A stretch of DNA of 64,000 bases from Somniosus microcephalus (Eukaryota). Of this stretch, positions 37,464-49,200 are shown piece by piece. The notes under the pieces were generated by a model. The model did not search any database. It had not been told where the DNA came from and worked only from the letters and a program-made list of their open reading frames with translations. A program made the position numbers and the translations under genes. The stretch is from the NCBI GenBank assembly GCA_052327205.1, contig CM126209.1, positions 123,876,001 through 123,940,000 of the forward strand, read 5' to 3'. Numbering within the stretch: position 1 is the first letter of the stretch; each line of letters opens with the position of its first letter.

Positions 37464-38113
37464 CAGAAACTAAACTGGACCAGCCATATAAATACTGTGG
37501 CTACAAGAGCAGGCCAGAGGCTGGGAATTCTGCAGCGAGTGTCTCACCTCCTGACTCCCCAAAGCCTTTCCACCATCTACAAGGCACAAGTCAGGAGTGT
37601 GATGGAATACTCTCCACTTGCCTGGATGAGTGCAGCTCCAACAACAGTCAAGAAGCTCGACACCATTCAGGATAAAGCAGCCCGCTTGATTGGCACCCCA
37701 TCCACCACCTTCAACATTCACTCCCTCCACCACCGGCGCACTGTGGCTGCAGTGTGTACCATCTACAAGATGCACTGCAGCAACTCGCCAAAGCTCCTTC
37801 AACAGCACCTTCCAAACCCGTGACCTCTACCGCTTAGAAGGACAAGGGCAGCAGACGCATGGGAACATCACCACCTACAAATTCCCCTCCAAGCCACACA
37901 CCATCCTGACTTGGACCTGTATCGCCGTTCCTTCACTGTCGCTGGGCCAAAATCCTGGAACTCCCTTCCTAACAGCATTGTGGGTGTACCTACACCATAT
38001 GGACTGCAGCGGTTCAAGAAGGCGGCTCACCACCATCTTCTCAAGGGCAATTAGGGATGGACACTAAATGCAGGCCTAGCCAGCCAGTGACACCCACATC
38101 CCATCAATGAATA
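37464..38113 (+). mobile_element. CR1-group/jockey-superclade LINE 3' fragment (RT C-terminus), clade uncertain
   Basis: ORF KLNWTSHINTVATRAGQRLGIL..LSTIYKAQVRSVMEYSPLAW..LDTIQDKAARLI..HSLHHRR; 3'UTR shared with 19738-19964. Confidence 0.88.
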
Positions 38114-38161
38114 CATTTTTTTTTTTAAATGAGGTGTTAAATCGAGGTCCCCATCTGCCCT

Positions 38162-38242
38162 AATAACAACAGAAAATGCTGGAAATACTCAGCAGGCCAG
38201 GCAGCATCCATGGAGAGAGAAACAGAGTTAACGTTTCAGGTC
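38162..38242 (+). mobile_element. Left arm of Penelope-like palindromic element
   Basis: AATAACAACAGAAAATGCTGGAAATACTCAGCAGG.. nearly identical to 1521-1575. Confidence 0.75.
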
Positions 38243-40124
38243 TGGGACCCTTGGTGGACGTAAAAGGTCCCATGGCACTGTTTCAAAGAACATTGGAGTT
38301 CTCCCCAGTTTCCTGGCCAAACTGTATCCCTCTACCAACAACACTAAAACAGATAATTTGGCCATTATCTCATTACTGTTTGTGGGAGCTTGCTGTGTGC
38401 AAATTTGCTGCATCACAATAGTGCCCACCACCTTTCTGACTCATCCTTAGGTGAGGTACTGAAGGATGATTGCTGCCTGTGAAAATGGTGCTTCCAGTAA
38501 GGAAGTCAGCACCTGCGGGAGAGGAAGGCACGGCACGAAAGTAAAAATGTAATTCAGAAAACTCCTCCGTATGTAATAAAAAAAACTCCCCTTCCAATAT
38601 TTGTCATTTTGATGAGGGGGGAAAAAAGAAAATGATTCCTGCTGAAGGCAATGAATGAAAGTATAAAATGTGCTTTATTACCCACTGGATGAATCTGCTC
38701 TCTAATTGCAGGCCCAATTCACCCAGTGCCCCCAGCACCTGTTACTCTCTCATTCCCCTGAACGCCCAGCATTGGCTACAACCCTTATTATTCCCAGAGA
38801 GCGGAGCCATTGGAAATAAAATTCAATCCTGTGCACGAGTTCAGGCAGAAGGGAAAATAATAACAGGAAAACAATAAAGTTGCGCAACTGAAATGCGCTC
38901 TAAACAGGAACGGCTTCACCAGGGCTGACTAAACTGTTCAGCTCAGAACCTTATCAGTTTACAGAGCACAGCTCAGTAGGCTGAACTGGGGAAAGTGAAT
39001 ATGTGTAAGACTAATCTCATAGCATTAATGTGAACTTTCTGGCTTTATCGGGGTGGGGGGTGGGAGGCGGGAGGCAGAGGGGGATGAAATTCCCTATCCA
39101 CCGAGAATGAAACTGAAGGCGGTGACTCAAGCTGGGAGGCTGTCCCACCATGGCCAGCTGCGAGATTCAGCGACATCTTGACTCGTGGCTGGGTGCAAAC
39201 GGCTTGGCTGAGGGGTATCGGTGTGTGATTGAGGGCAGGGAGGGAGGGAAGAGGCTCACGAAGAAAAGAGGAAAGAATAACTGAAAGGTGAAGTGAACCC
39301 ATTTCACAGAAATACTGGATCCCAGGTATAGCAAAGGAGGGGGGGGGGGGGGGTGCGGCAGGACCTCGATATCTTAAGGTGTGCCTTTTAGCGACACTGG
39401 GCACCAGGGGGGCCTGCGAGTTCCTGGGGGCCCTGGCAAGAAGGTGTCAGATTGGAAGACTGGTTTCCAATGTGTAATCGAGCGCAGAAACCGGCAGAAG
39501 AAATGAAGGTGCTCCTCTTAAAGTGTTTTGCCTTTCAGCCCAGTACCCACGGATCCGCAAAACCCTTGGACCTCCCATCAGCTGGCTGCCAATCTGAAGC
39601 TTTTCAATGACCCCCCCATCCCAGGAATCCAGATAGATCAGGATCACAGGCGGCGGAATTTGCTCTTTATTCCAGATCCTTCTGTTCGAGGCCACACAAC
39701 GCCCCCCCCCCCCCTTTGGGATTTCAGAGATCAGGCCGCCAGTTTTAGGGAATCCCGGCTGTTTTTTGGCTAGCGGTTGGTTTGCGCGAGGCAGAAGCTT
39801 CAGGAACTGGCTATGCCAGCGCAGTGTTACAGCAACTGGAAATACGGCCGGGATCTTGTGGCTGTTGTGTTGTCGCTTGTTTCCATGTTATCTCAGTGGT
39901 GTTGCATGGAGCTGTTAGTGCGAGACGCTAAGTGTTCCCGGTTGTGACAGATTCATACCACTGTTGATGGTAATGTGGGAGTTTAGTAAGTCGGCAGCTT
40001 GAGGGGCTGGCATCATTTAGGGAAAGTGTAAACAAGATTGGCAGCAACAAGATAAATCAAGTCAAAAAAAGAGACTTTTTGTGCATAATAAACAGGTACC
40101 GTGTGAAATGACAGAAGTCTTTAC

Positions 40125-40392
40125 ACAACAACAACTTGCATTTATATATAGCGCCTTTAATGTAGTAAAACGTCCCAAGGAGCTTCACAGGAGTGTTATC
40201 AGACAACATTTGACACCAAGCCACATAAGGAGATATTAGGACAGGTAACCAAAAGCTTGGTCAATGAGGTAGGTTTTATGAAGCGTCTTAAAGGAGGAGA
40301 GAGAGGTAGAGAGGCGGGGAGGTTTAGCGAGGCAATTTCAGAGATTAGGGCCGAGGCCGCTGAAGACACAGCCGCCAGTGGTGGAATGATGA
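40125..40392 (-). mobile_element. L2 LINE 3' end
   Basis: (CAA)n CTTGCATTTATAT..AAAAGCTTGGTCAATGAGGTAGGTTTT, reverse complement of the 35532 copy. Confidence 0.88.
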
Positions 40393-40454
40393 GGCTAGAA
40401 TACATACATAGGTAGGAGCCATTTTACACTGAGAAATGGACCTGTGAGGTGCGC

Positions 40455-40800
40455 TGATGGCTCAATGTGCAGATGCATCTTGTGGTACAGTGTCAACCCT
40501 TACAGAACAGGAACGTCCCAGGATTGAGCCCTGGTCTGTGCTGAGATAGCCGATCTTGGGTGGGGGTGGAGGTGAACAGAATGCACTAAGCTCCTGTAGC
40601 CCTGGACTATGAGGCAAAATCAGCCGGGTTTCTGATTGTTATCCTTATCCACTGACCCTGACTGGATAGCGCGCGTGCGTGTGTATTAAGGCGAGAACAG
40701 TCTCGGGCTTGACGGTGATGCTCTCTATAGCCAAATAGCCTGCCAACACATTGTTTGAGCATGAGTTATTGCCTTCAGGAGGGGAAGGGGTTGAAGGAGA
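40455..40800 (+). mobile_element. SINE family B
   Basis: GATGGCTCAATG, GTCCCAGGATTGAGCCCTGGTCTGTGCTGAG, AAATCAGCCGGG, AATAGCCTGCCAACAC, GCCTTCAGGAGGGGAAGGGG. Confidence 0.7.
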
Positions 40801-40839
40801 ATAACTTGGGACCATATTGGTGTTAGGAGAGTGTATATA

Positions 40840-41070
40840 TAGGGTCGTCAACTCTGGTTGGACGTACTCCTGGAGGTTTTGTTACATGACCTCCAACCAC
40901 CCCGCCCAGTCAAACAGCCATCTCCCCCCATCTCCAATATTTTTATAATTAATAAACAAAAGTCTTCAAAGAAAATGAAAAAAGAAAACATTTTTTTTAA
41001 TGCGCCTATAGTCTTTCTGCCGGGTTGCTTGCAGCAGTGTTTGGGAGATTAATCTTTAATTCCTGGAGGG
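40840..41070 (-). mobile_element. hAT-like MITE, second copy (one TIR missing)
   Basis: Colinear with the reverse complement of 11670-11942 (TAGGGT..TGGACGTACTCCTGGAGG..CCCCGCCCAGTCA..CATCTCCAATATTTTT..TAATAAACAAAAG). Confidence 0.75.
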
Positions 41071-41165
41071 CTGGAATTCTAATATGCAGAATCGAGGTGT
41101 TTAAGATGATTAAAAGAGTTAACAGGGTAGATAGAGATATTTCCTCTGGTGGGGGAATCCAGAAT

Positions 41166-41650
41166 TTACAGCACAGAAACCTGCAGAGCGGCTCAACAGG
41201 CTCATGCTGATGGTTATGCTCCACACGAGCCTCCTCCCACCCCTCTTCATCTCACCCTATCAGCACAACCCTCTATCCCTTTCTCAGTCATGTGCTTATC
41301 TAGCTTTCCCTTAAATGTAAATATGCTATTCGCCTCAACTACCCCATGTGGTAACAAGTTCCACATTCTCACCATTCTCTGGTAAGGAAGTTTCTCCTGA
41401 ATCCCCTATTGGATTTATTAGTGACTATCACAGAATCACACAGAAACCCCACAGTGCAGATAGAGGCCATTTCGGCCCATCGAGCCTGCACCGACACATA
41501 TCCCACCCGATCCCCTACACCAACACATATCCCACCCTATCCCTGTAACCCCACGTATTTAATCCCCCTAACACTAAGGGTCAATTTATCATAGCCAATC
41601 ATCCTAACCTGCACATCTTTGGACTGTCTTATATTTAGAGCCCTTAGTTT
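41166..41650 (-). mobile_element. Second CR1 3' end in opposite orientation (itself split by a V-SINE)
   Basis: TTTACAGCACAGAAAC..CCCATGTGGTAACAAGTTCCACATTCTCACCATTCTCTGGTAAGGAAGTTTCTCCTGAAT resembles the reverse CR1 tail at 24985-25045. Confidence 0.7.
41428..41626 (-). mobile_element. V-SINE (HE1-like) 3' fragment
   Basis: (CACAGAAT)n tail, GAGGCCATTTCGGCCCATCG CR1-type hairpin, V-domain GCCAATCATCCTAACCTGCACATCTTTGGACTG. Confidence 0.8.
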
Positions 41651-41813
41651 GAGCTAGGCCATTCAAGGATGATGTCAGGAAGTACCTCTTCACTTAAAGG
41701 GTAGCAGAAATCTAGAATTCTCTTCCCCCAAAAAACTGTTGAGGATAGGTCAATTGAAAATGTCAAAACTGCGATTGATTAATTATTGTTAGGTTAGGGT
41801 GTTAAAGGATCTA

Positions 41814-42548
41814 GGGCTAGAAATTCGACTGGTTAGCGCCTCCGGGGAGGTGATAATGGGGCACTAACCACTTACCGCCTGGGCACGCCGAGAATATCGC
41901 CTCCCGTGGAGGTTTGTGGCGGCGGTATGGCGTTGCGCCCCTATCTCCTTCGCCCGGAGATCACAACGTCACCACTATGCGCATCACCCCGGTAGTGCCC
42001 CGGACCCGAACTTCGGTTCAGCCCCCTGCAGCATCGCCGGGCGAAAAACACCGGCAGCTGCAGGAGGCGTTCATTGGGAGGTCTGGCACTTCGGGGGTGA
42101 TGCTTAAAGGCGAGGTGGCCGAGGTAGGAAAAAAAATACTGAAATACTCGTTCTCTTTTTTTTTGCTTTTTTCCCCCAGCGATCGATCAGCCCGGCACTC
42201 TGCTGCAGTGCAGTGGGCTGATCGAGCCGGATCATGGCTGCCATCGGGGTCCAGGTAAGTTTTGCCCTTGCAGAGCCTGCAGCGATGGCCCTTCCCTTTA
42301 AGGGAGGGAAGGAGCCTTCCAACGTGACAGTGCTGCACGGCCCAGTGTGCAGCGCTGCTCACCTACCGTCCCGCCTGCTGCCTGGTGCGCTCCAGGAAAG
42401 AAGCGGAGCGCTTGATTTAGCGTTCCACTTCCTTCCTGGAGCGCAAAACTGAATTTTTTAAAAGTTGAAAGACATTAGCGCCTGGTGCTCATTTTTTCAA
42501 CTTTTAAAAGTTAGCGTCTCAAACGGGGCTATAATGAACTTCTCCCCC
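41814..42548. mobile_element. Non-autonomous PIF/Harbinger-like DNA transposon, 735 bp, CpG-rich
   Basis: Termini GGGCTAGAAATTC and GAACTTCTCCCCC (10/13 inverted match); 3-bp flanks CTA / TTA; cleanly interrupts the CR1 sequence. Confidence 0.7.
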
Positions 42549-42599
42549 TTAGAACCAAGGCAGTCGATGGAGTTGAGGTTACAGCTTGCCATGAACAGA

Positions 42600-42797
42600 G
42601 GGACAACCAGTAAACTAAGACAAGAGTATATATAAACAAGGCGAAAATATATTTATAAACTCAGGGATATACCTGTTTATACACTGTATGAATGGAACCG
42701 CGTTTATGTGTTCAACCATAAATGTATTTTGATGCTTTGGCAACATAAGATGTACCTTATCATGCCAATAAAGCGATTTGTATTGTATTGTATTGTA
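42600..42797 (+). mobile_element. LINE 3'UTR (RTE-X-like), short
   Basis: TGCTTTGGCAAC..TCATGCCAATAAAGC followed by (TTGTA)4 tail; clade is from memory of fish elements. Confidence 0.55.
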
Positions 42798-43090
42798 CAG
42801 AAGCTATCATCCAAATGGAAATGAAGTTGGTTTATCCTGCGGGGTGTGTGTGTGTGTGTGTATCATCTTGTTGCCAGGCTCTTGGCAAGTGTGAGGTGTG
42901 GCTTGGTGGCACTTGCGCCTGGAAAATTAGCCTAATCTGATTTGCGTGGATTAGACAGGTTTGTGAGGGAGGCCCCGTCAGTGCCCAGCAGCGGGCTGGA
43001 AGAGTCCCACTGGGCTTTGATGAAAGATGTGACTCTGACTGCAAGAAAAAAAAGTCACAAAATGCTATAGGGAGGAAAACGAGTTTCATT

Positions 43091-43220
43091 TTTGGGGGTG
43101 TTGGGTCGGTGGGTTTACTGGGGGGGGGGTGTTGGGTCGGTGGGTTTACTGGGGGGGGATTGGGTCGGTGGGTTTACTGGGGTGTGCGGGGGGGTGTTGG
43201 GTCGGTGGGTTTACTGGGGG
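43091..43220. repeat. Four-unit outlier of the G-rich minisatellite
   Basis: TTGGGTCGGTGGGTTTACT x4 with G-run spacers. Confidence 0.95.
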
Positions 43221-43820
43221 ACCTGTCATTACAACACAAGACTGCAAGCCAAAACAGAGAGAGAGAGAGAGAGTAAAGAGGACCACCAACTTCTGTCAGA
43301 TCACGGGACCTTAAACATTGGGAGCTGGACCAATAGGTATTCTGCTAAATGGCTTCCAAGCAATGCTGTTTTTCTCTTGGGTTCTTGAAATCCCCAGAGA
43401 AAGGTCAGATTCATTAAATGGCACCGTGAGCACCAGCTATTTACTGATGTTAAACACTTAAAAAGAGCCCAGTTTTCAATAATATGTGCTGGAGCGCATC
43501 TTAATAATTGACGGATTCCATCAGAATGACTTTTATCGAAATGGGCTGGAGTGAGCCACAGTAGCCGAGAATTTATTATTTCAAGAGTTCCCAGTTTTTC
43601 TTTTAAGAATGAGATGAAGCTCTTGCTGGGGTGGGGTTCCATGGACGCTGACAGCCCACATGAGGAGACCCTCCTGCTGTATTTACATCGCAGCCTGTAA
43701 CTCGGGCCAGCCAGCTAATGGCACCAGTCTGCCGCATAACTAATCACTCATCCTCCCCTAAGCCGGCTGCGCTAGGGGTGACCCCAGGTCCAGCACGAGT
43801 GCTAACTTGACCGTGGCAGT

Positions 43821-46800
43821 TTTGGGGGTGTTGGGTCGGTGGGTTTACTGGGGGGGGGGGGGGTTGTTGGGTCGGTGGGTTTACTGCGGGGGGAGGGTTG
43901 TTGGGTCGGTGGGTTTACTGCGGGGGGAGGGTTGTTGGGTCGGTGGGTTTACTGCGGGGGGGGTGTTGGGTCGGTGGGTTTACTGGGGTGTGGTGGGGGG
44001 GTGTTGGGTCGGTGGGTTTACTGCGGGTGGGGTGTTGGGTTTACTGGGGTGTGGGGGGGGTGTTGGGTCAGTGGGTTTACTGAGGTGGGGGTGTTGGGTC
44101 GGTGGGTTTACTGGGGTGGGGGGGGTGTTGGGTCGGTGGGTTTACTGGGGGGGGTGTTGGGCCGGTAGGTTTACTGGGGTGGGGGTTTGTTGGGTCGGTG
44201 GGTTTACTGTGGGGGCGGTGTTGGGCCGGTGGGTTTACTGGGGGAGTGTTGGGTCGGTGGGTTTACTGGGGTGTGGGGTGTTGGGTCGGTGGGTTTACTG
44301 GGGGGGTGTTGGGTCAGTGGGTTTACTGGGGGAGGTGTTGGGTCGGTGGGTTTACTGGTGGGGGGAGTTGGGTCGGTGGGTTTACTGGGGGAGGTGTTGG
44401 GTCGGTGGGTTTACTGGTGGGGGGAGTTGGGTTGGTGGGTTTACTGGGGGAGGTGTTGGGTCAGTGGGTTTACTGGTGGGGGGAGTTGGGTCGGTGGGTT
44501 TACTGGGGGAGGTGTTGGGTCGGTGGGTTTACTGGGGTGTGGGGTGTTGGGTCGGTGGGTTTACTGGGGGGGTGTTGGGTCAGTGGGTTTACTGGGGGAG
44601 GTGTTGGGTCGGTGGGTTTACTGGTGGGGGGAGTTGGGTCGGTGGGTTTACTGGGGGAGGTGTTGGGTCGGTGGGTTTACTGGTGGGGGGAGTTGGGTCG
44701 GTGGGTTTACTGGGGGAGGTGTTGGGTCGGTGGGTTTACTGGTGGGGGGAGTTGGGTCGGTGGGTTTACTGGGGGAGGTGTTGGGTCGGTGGGTTTATTG
44801 GTGGGGGGAGTTGGGTCGGTGGGTTTACTGTGGGGGGCGGTGTTGGGTCGGTGGGTTTACTTGGGGGGGTGTTGGGTCGGTGGGTTTACTGGGTGGTGGG
44901 GTGTTGGGTCGGTGGGTTTACTGGGGTGGGGTGGGGTGTTGGGCTGGTGGGTTTACTGGGGGGGAGTTGGGTCGGTGGGTTTACTGGTGTGGGGGGTGTT
45001 GGGTCGATGGGTTTACTGGGGGGGCGGTGTTGGGTCGGTGGGTTTACTTGGGTGGGGGTGGTGGGTCGGTGGGTTTACTGTCGGGAGGTTGTTGGGTCGG
45101 TGGGTTTACTGGGATGCGGGGTGTTGGGTCGGTGGGTTTACTGGGGGGGGTGTTGGGTCGGTGGGTTTACTGTGGGGGGCGGTGTTGGGTCGGTGGGTTT
45201 ACTCTGGGGGGCGGTGTTGGGTCGGTGGGTTTACTGGGGTGGGGGGTGTTGGGTCGGTGGGTTTACTGGGGTGTGGGGTGTTGGATCGGTGGGTTTACTG
45301 TGGGGGGCGGTGTTGGGTCGGTGGGTTTACTGGGGTGGGGGTGTTGGGTCGGTGGGTTTACTGGGGTGTGGGGGCTGTTGGGTCGGTGGGTTTACTGGGG
45401 TGTGGGGTGTTGGGTCGTTGGGTTTACTGGGGTGGGGGTGTTGGGTCGGTGGGTTTACTGGGGTGTGGGGTGTTGGGTCGGTGGGTTTACTGGGGTGTGG
45501 GGGGGTGTTGGGTCGTTGGGTTTCCTGGGGTGCGGGGTGTTGGTTCGGTGGGTTTACTGGGGTGGGGGTGTTGGGTCGGTGGCTTTACTGGGGTGTGGGG
45601 TGTTGGGTCGGTGGGTTTACTGGGGTGTGGGGGGGTGTTGGGTCGGTGGGTTTACTGGGGTGTGGGGTGTTGGGTCGGTGGGTTTACTGGGGTGTGGGGG
45701 GGTGTTGGGTCGATGGGTTTACTGGGGTGCGGGGTGTTGGGTCGGTGGGTTTACTGGGGTACAGGGTGTTGGGTCGGTGGGTTTACTGGGGTGTGAGGTG
45801 TTGGGTCGGTGGGTTTACTGGGGTGTGCGGTGTTGGGTCGGTGGGTTTACTGTGGGGGCGGTGTTGGGTCGGTGGGTTTATTGTGGGGGCGGTGTTGTGT
45901 CGGTGGGTTTACTGGGGTGCGGGGTGTTGGGTCGAAGGGTTTACTGTGGTGCGGGGTGTTGGGTCGGCGGGTTTACTGGGGTGCGGGGTGTTGGGTCGGT
46001 GGGTTTACTGGGGTGTGGGGTGTAGGGTCGGTGGGTTTATTGGGGTGTGGGGTGTGCTGGGTCGGTGGGTTTACTGGGGGGGTGTTGGGTCGGTGGGTTT
46101 ACTGGGGGGGTTGTTGGGTCGGTGGGTTTACTGGGGTGTGGGGGGGGTGTTGGGTCAGTGGGTTTACTGGGGGGGGTGTTGGGTCGGTGGGTTTACTGGG
46201 GTGGGGGTTGTTGGGTCGGTGGGTTTACTGGGGTGTGGGGTGTTGGGTCGGTGGGTTTACTGTGGGGGCGATGTTGGGCCAGTGGGTTTATTCGGGGGGG
46301 TGTTGGGTTGGTGGGTTTACTGGGGTCCGGGGGGGTGCTGGGTCGGTGGGTTTACTGGGGTCCGGGGGGGTGCTGGGTCGGTGGGTTTACTGGGGTGTGG
46401 GGTGTTGGGTCGGTGGGTTTACTGGGGTGTGGTGGGGCTGCTGGGTCGGTGGGTTTACTGGGTTGTGGGTGGGGTGTTGGGTCGGTGGGTTTACTGTTGG
46501 GGGGGTGTTGAGTCAGTGGATTTACCGGGGTGTGGGGTGTTGGGTCTGTGGGTTTACTGGGGTGCGGGGTGTTGGGTCGGTGTGTTTACTGGGGGGGGTT
46601 GTTGGGTCGGTGGGTTTACTGGGTGCATGGTGTTGGGTCGGTGGGTTTACTGGGGTGGGTTGTTGGGTCGGTGGGTTTACTGGGGTGCGGGGTGTTAGGT
46701 TGGTGGGTTTACTGGGGGCGGGGTGTTGGGTCGATGAGTTTACTATGGGGGTGTTAGGTCAGTGGGTTTCCGGGGGGGGTGTTGGGTCGGTGGGTTTACT

Positions 46801-49104
46801 TGGGGCGGTGTTGGGTTGGTGGGTTTACTAGGGCGGTGTTGGGTTGGTGGGTTTACTGGGGGCGGTTGTTGGGTCGGTGGGTTTACTGGGTGCGTGGTTT
46901 TGGGTCGGTGGGTTTACTGGGTGGGGTTGTTGGGTCGGTGGGTTTACTGGGGTGCGGGGTGTTGGGTCGGTGGGTTTACTGGGGGCAGGGTGTTGGGTCG
47001 GTGGGTTTACTACGGGGGTGTTGGGTCGGTGGGTTTACTAGGGGGGTGTTGGGTCGGTGGGTTTACTGGGGTGGGGGGGTGTTGGGTCGGTGGGTTTACT
47101 TGGGGGGTGTTGGGTCGGTGGGTTTACTGGGGGAGGTGTTGGGTAGGTGGGTTTACTGGGGGGGGTGTTGGCTCGGTGGGTTTACTGGGGGGTGGGGTGG
47201 GGTGTTGGGTCGGTGGGTTTACTGGGGTGGGGGGTGTTGGGTCGGTGGGTTTAATGGGGTGCGGTGTGTTGGGTCGGTGGGTTTACTGGGGTGGGGTGGG
47301 GTGTTGAGCCGGTGGGTTTACTGGGGTGGGGTGAGCTGTTGGGCCGGTGGGTTTACTTGGGTGTGGGGTGCAGGGTCGGTGGGTTTACTTGGGGGGGAGT
47401 TGGGTTGGTGGGTTTACTGGGGTGGTGGTGTTGGGTCGGTGGCTTTACTGGGGTGTGGGGTGTTGGGTCGGTGGGTTTACTGGGGTGTGGGGGGGTGTTG
47501 GGTCGGTGGGTTTACTGGGGTGCGGGGTGTTGGTTCGGTGGCTTTACTGGGGTGGGGGTGTTGGGTCGGTGGGTTCAGCGGGGTGGGGGTGTCGGGTCGG
47601 TGGGATTACTGGGTTGCGGGCTGTTGGGTCGGTGGGCTCAGCGGGGTGGGGTTGTCGGGTCGGTGAGTTTACTGGGGTGGGGGTGTTGGGTCGGTGGGTT
47701 TACTGGGGTGGGCGTGTTGGGTCGGTGGGTTTACTGGGGTGCAGGGTGTTGGATCGGTGGGTTTACTGGGGTGGGGGTGTTGGGTCGGTGGGTTTACTGG
47801 GGTGCAGGGTGTTGGTTTGGTCGGTTTACTGGGCTGCGGGGTGTTGGGTCGGTGGGTTCACTTGGGTGCGGGGTGTTGGGTCGGTGGATTTACTGGGGTG
47901 CGGGGTGTTGGGTCGGTGGGTTTACTGGGGTGCGGGGTGTTGGGTCGGTGGGTTTACTGGGGTGCGGGTGTTGGGTCGGTGGGTTTACTGGGGTGTGGGG
48001 TGTTGGGTCGGTGGATTTTCTGGGGTGTGGGGTGTTGGGTCGGTGGGTTTACTGGGGTGTGGGGGGCTGCTGAGTCGGTGGGATTACTGGGGTGTGGGGT
48101 GTTGGGTCGGTGGGTTTACTGGGGTGTGGGGTGTTGGGTCGGTGGGTTTACTGGGGTGGGGAGTGTGTTGGGTCGGTCGGTTTACTGGGGTGCGGGGTGT
48201 TGGGTCAGTGGGTTTACTGGGATGGGGTGGGGTGTTGGGCCGGTATGTTTACTGGGGTGGGGTGAGCTGTTGGGTTGGTGGGTTTACTGGGGTGTGGGGT
48301 GTAGGGTCGGTGGGTTTCCTGGGGGGGGAGTTGTGTTGGTGGGTTTACTGGGGTGTGGGGTGTTGGGTCGGTGGGTTTACTGGGGTGTGGGGTGTTGGGT
48401 CGGTGGGTTTACTTGGGTGTGGGGTGTTGGGTCGGTGGGTTTACTGGGGTGTGGGGTGCTGGGTCGGTGGGTTTACTGGGGTGTGAGGTGTTGGTTCTGT
48501 GGGTTTACTGGGGTGTGGGGGGATGCTAGGTCGGTGGGATTAATGGGGTGTGGGGTGTTGGGTCGGTGGATTTGCTGTGGTGTGGGGGGGGTGCTGGGTC
48601 AGTGGGTTTACTGGGGTGTGGGTGGGGTGTTGGGTTGGTGGGTTTACTGTTGGGGGGGCGATGTTGGGTCAGTGGGTTTACCGGGGTGTGGGGTGTTGGG
48701 TCGGTGGGTTTACTGGGGTGCGGGGTGTTGGGTCGGTGTGTTTACTGGGGGGCGGGGTTGTTGGGCCGGAGGGTTTACTGGGTGCGTGGTGTTGGGTCGG
48801 TTGGTTTACTGGGGGGTGTTGTTGGGTCGGTGGGTTTACTGGGGTGCGGGGTGTTAGGTCGGTGGGTTTACTGGGGGTGGGGTGTTGGGTCGGTGGGTTT
48901 ACTACGGGGGTGTTGGGTCGGTGGGTTTACTGGGGGGGGTGTTGGGTCGGTGGGTTTACTTTGGGGGGTTGTTGGGTTGGTGGGTTTACTACGGGGGTGT
49001 TGGGTCAGTGGGTTTACTGGGGGGGTGTTGGGTTGGTGGGTTTACTTGGGGGGGCGTTGGGTCAGTGGGCTTACTTGGGGGGTGTTGGATCGGTGGGTTT
49101 ACTT
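43821..49104. repeat. 5.3-kb G-rich minisatellite: 20-bp core GTTGGGTCGGTGGGTTTACT plus variable G/T spacer
   Basis: Period ~28-38 bp; extreme G/T skew on + strand. Confidence 0.98.
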
Positions 49105-49200
49105 GCCCTCAGTGAGAGGAATAGAAGTCAGCAAGAACCCAAGCATTGGGCAAAAAAAATTGTGTCTAGTTTACGTTGAAGTGCCCACTCGTAGAGACCC

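Larger units (their letters stand above)
37315..38412 (+). mobile_element. Deu-SINE split by a LINE fragment and a Penelope-like half element
   Basis: Head with B box GGTTCGAGCCC at 37315-37463; resumes ~38128 (ATGAGGTGTTAAATCGAGG) and ~38252 (GGTGGACGTAAAAGGTCCCATGGCAC). Confidence 0.8.
41088..42595 (+). mobile_element. CR1 3' fragment acting as host for nested insertions
   Basis: ATCGAGGTGTTTAAGATGATTAAA..GGGGAATCCAGAA; resumes at 41651 GAGCTAGGCCATTC..; resumes at 42552 GAACCAAGGC..GATGGAGTTGAGG. Confidence 0.7.

Noticed and set aside
39040-39790. GC-rich segment that may be a decayed non-autonomous DNA transposon
   Set aside because: I could not define TIRs or a TSD.
43821-49104. CRISPR-like constant repeat plus variable spacer layout
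   Set aside because: Spacers are short G/T runs related to each other, there are no cas genes, and the context is vertebrate.
43821-49104. Telomeric repeat or immunoglobulin switch region
   Set aside because: No TTAGGG array, AGCT motifs are essentially absent, and no Ig exons are nearby.
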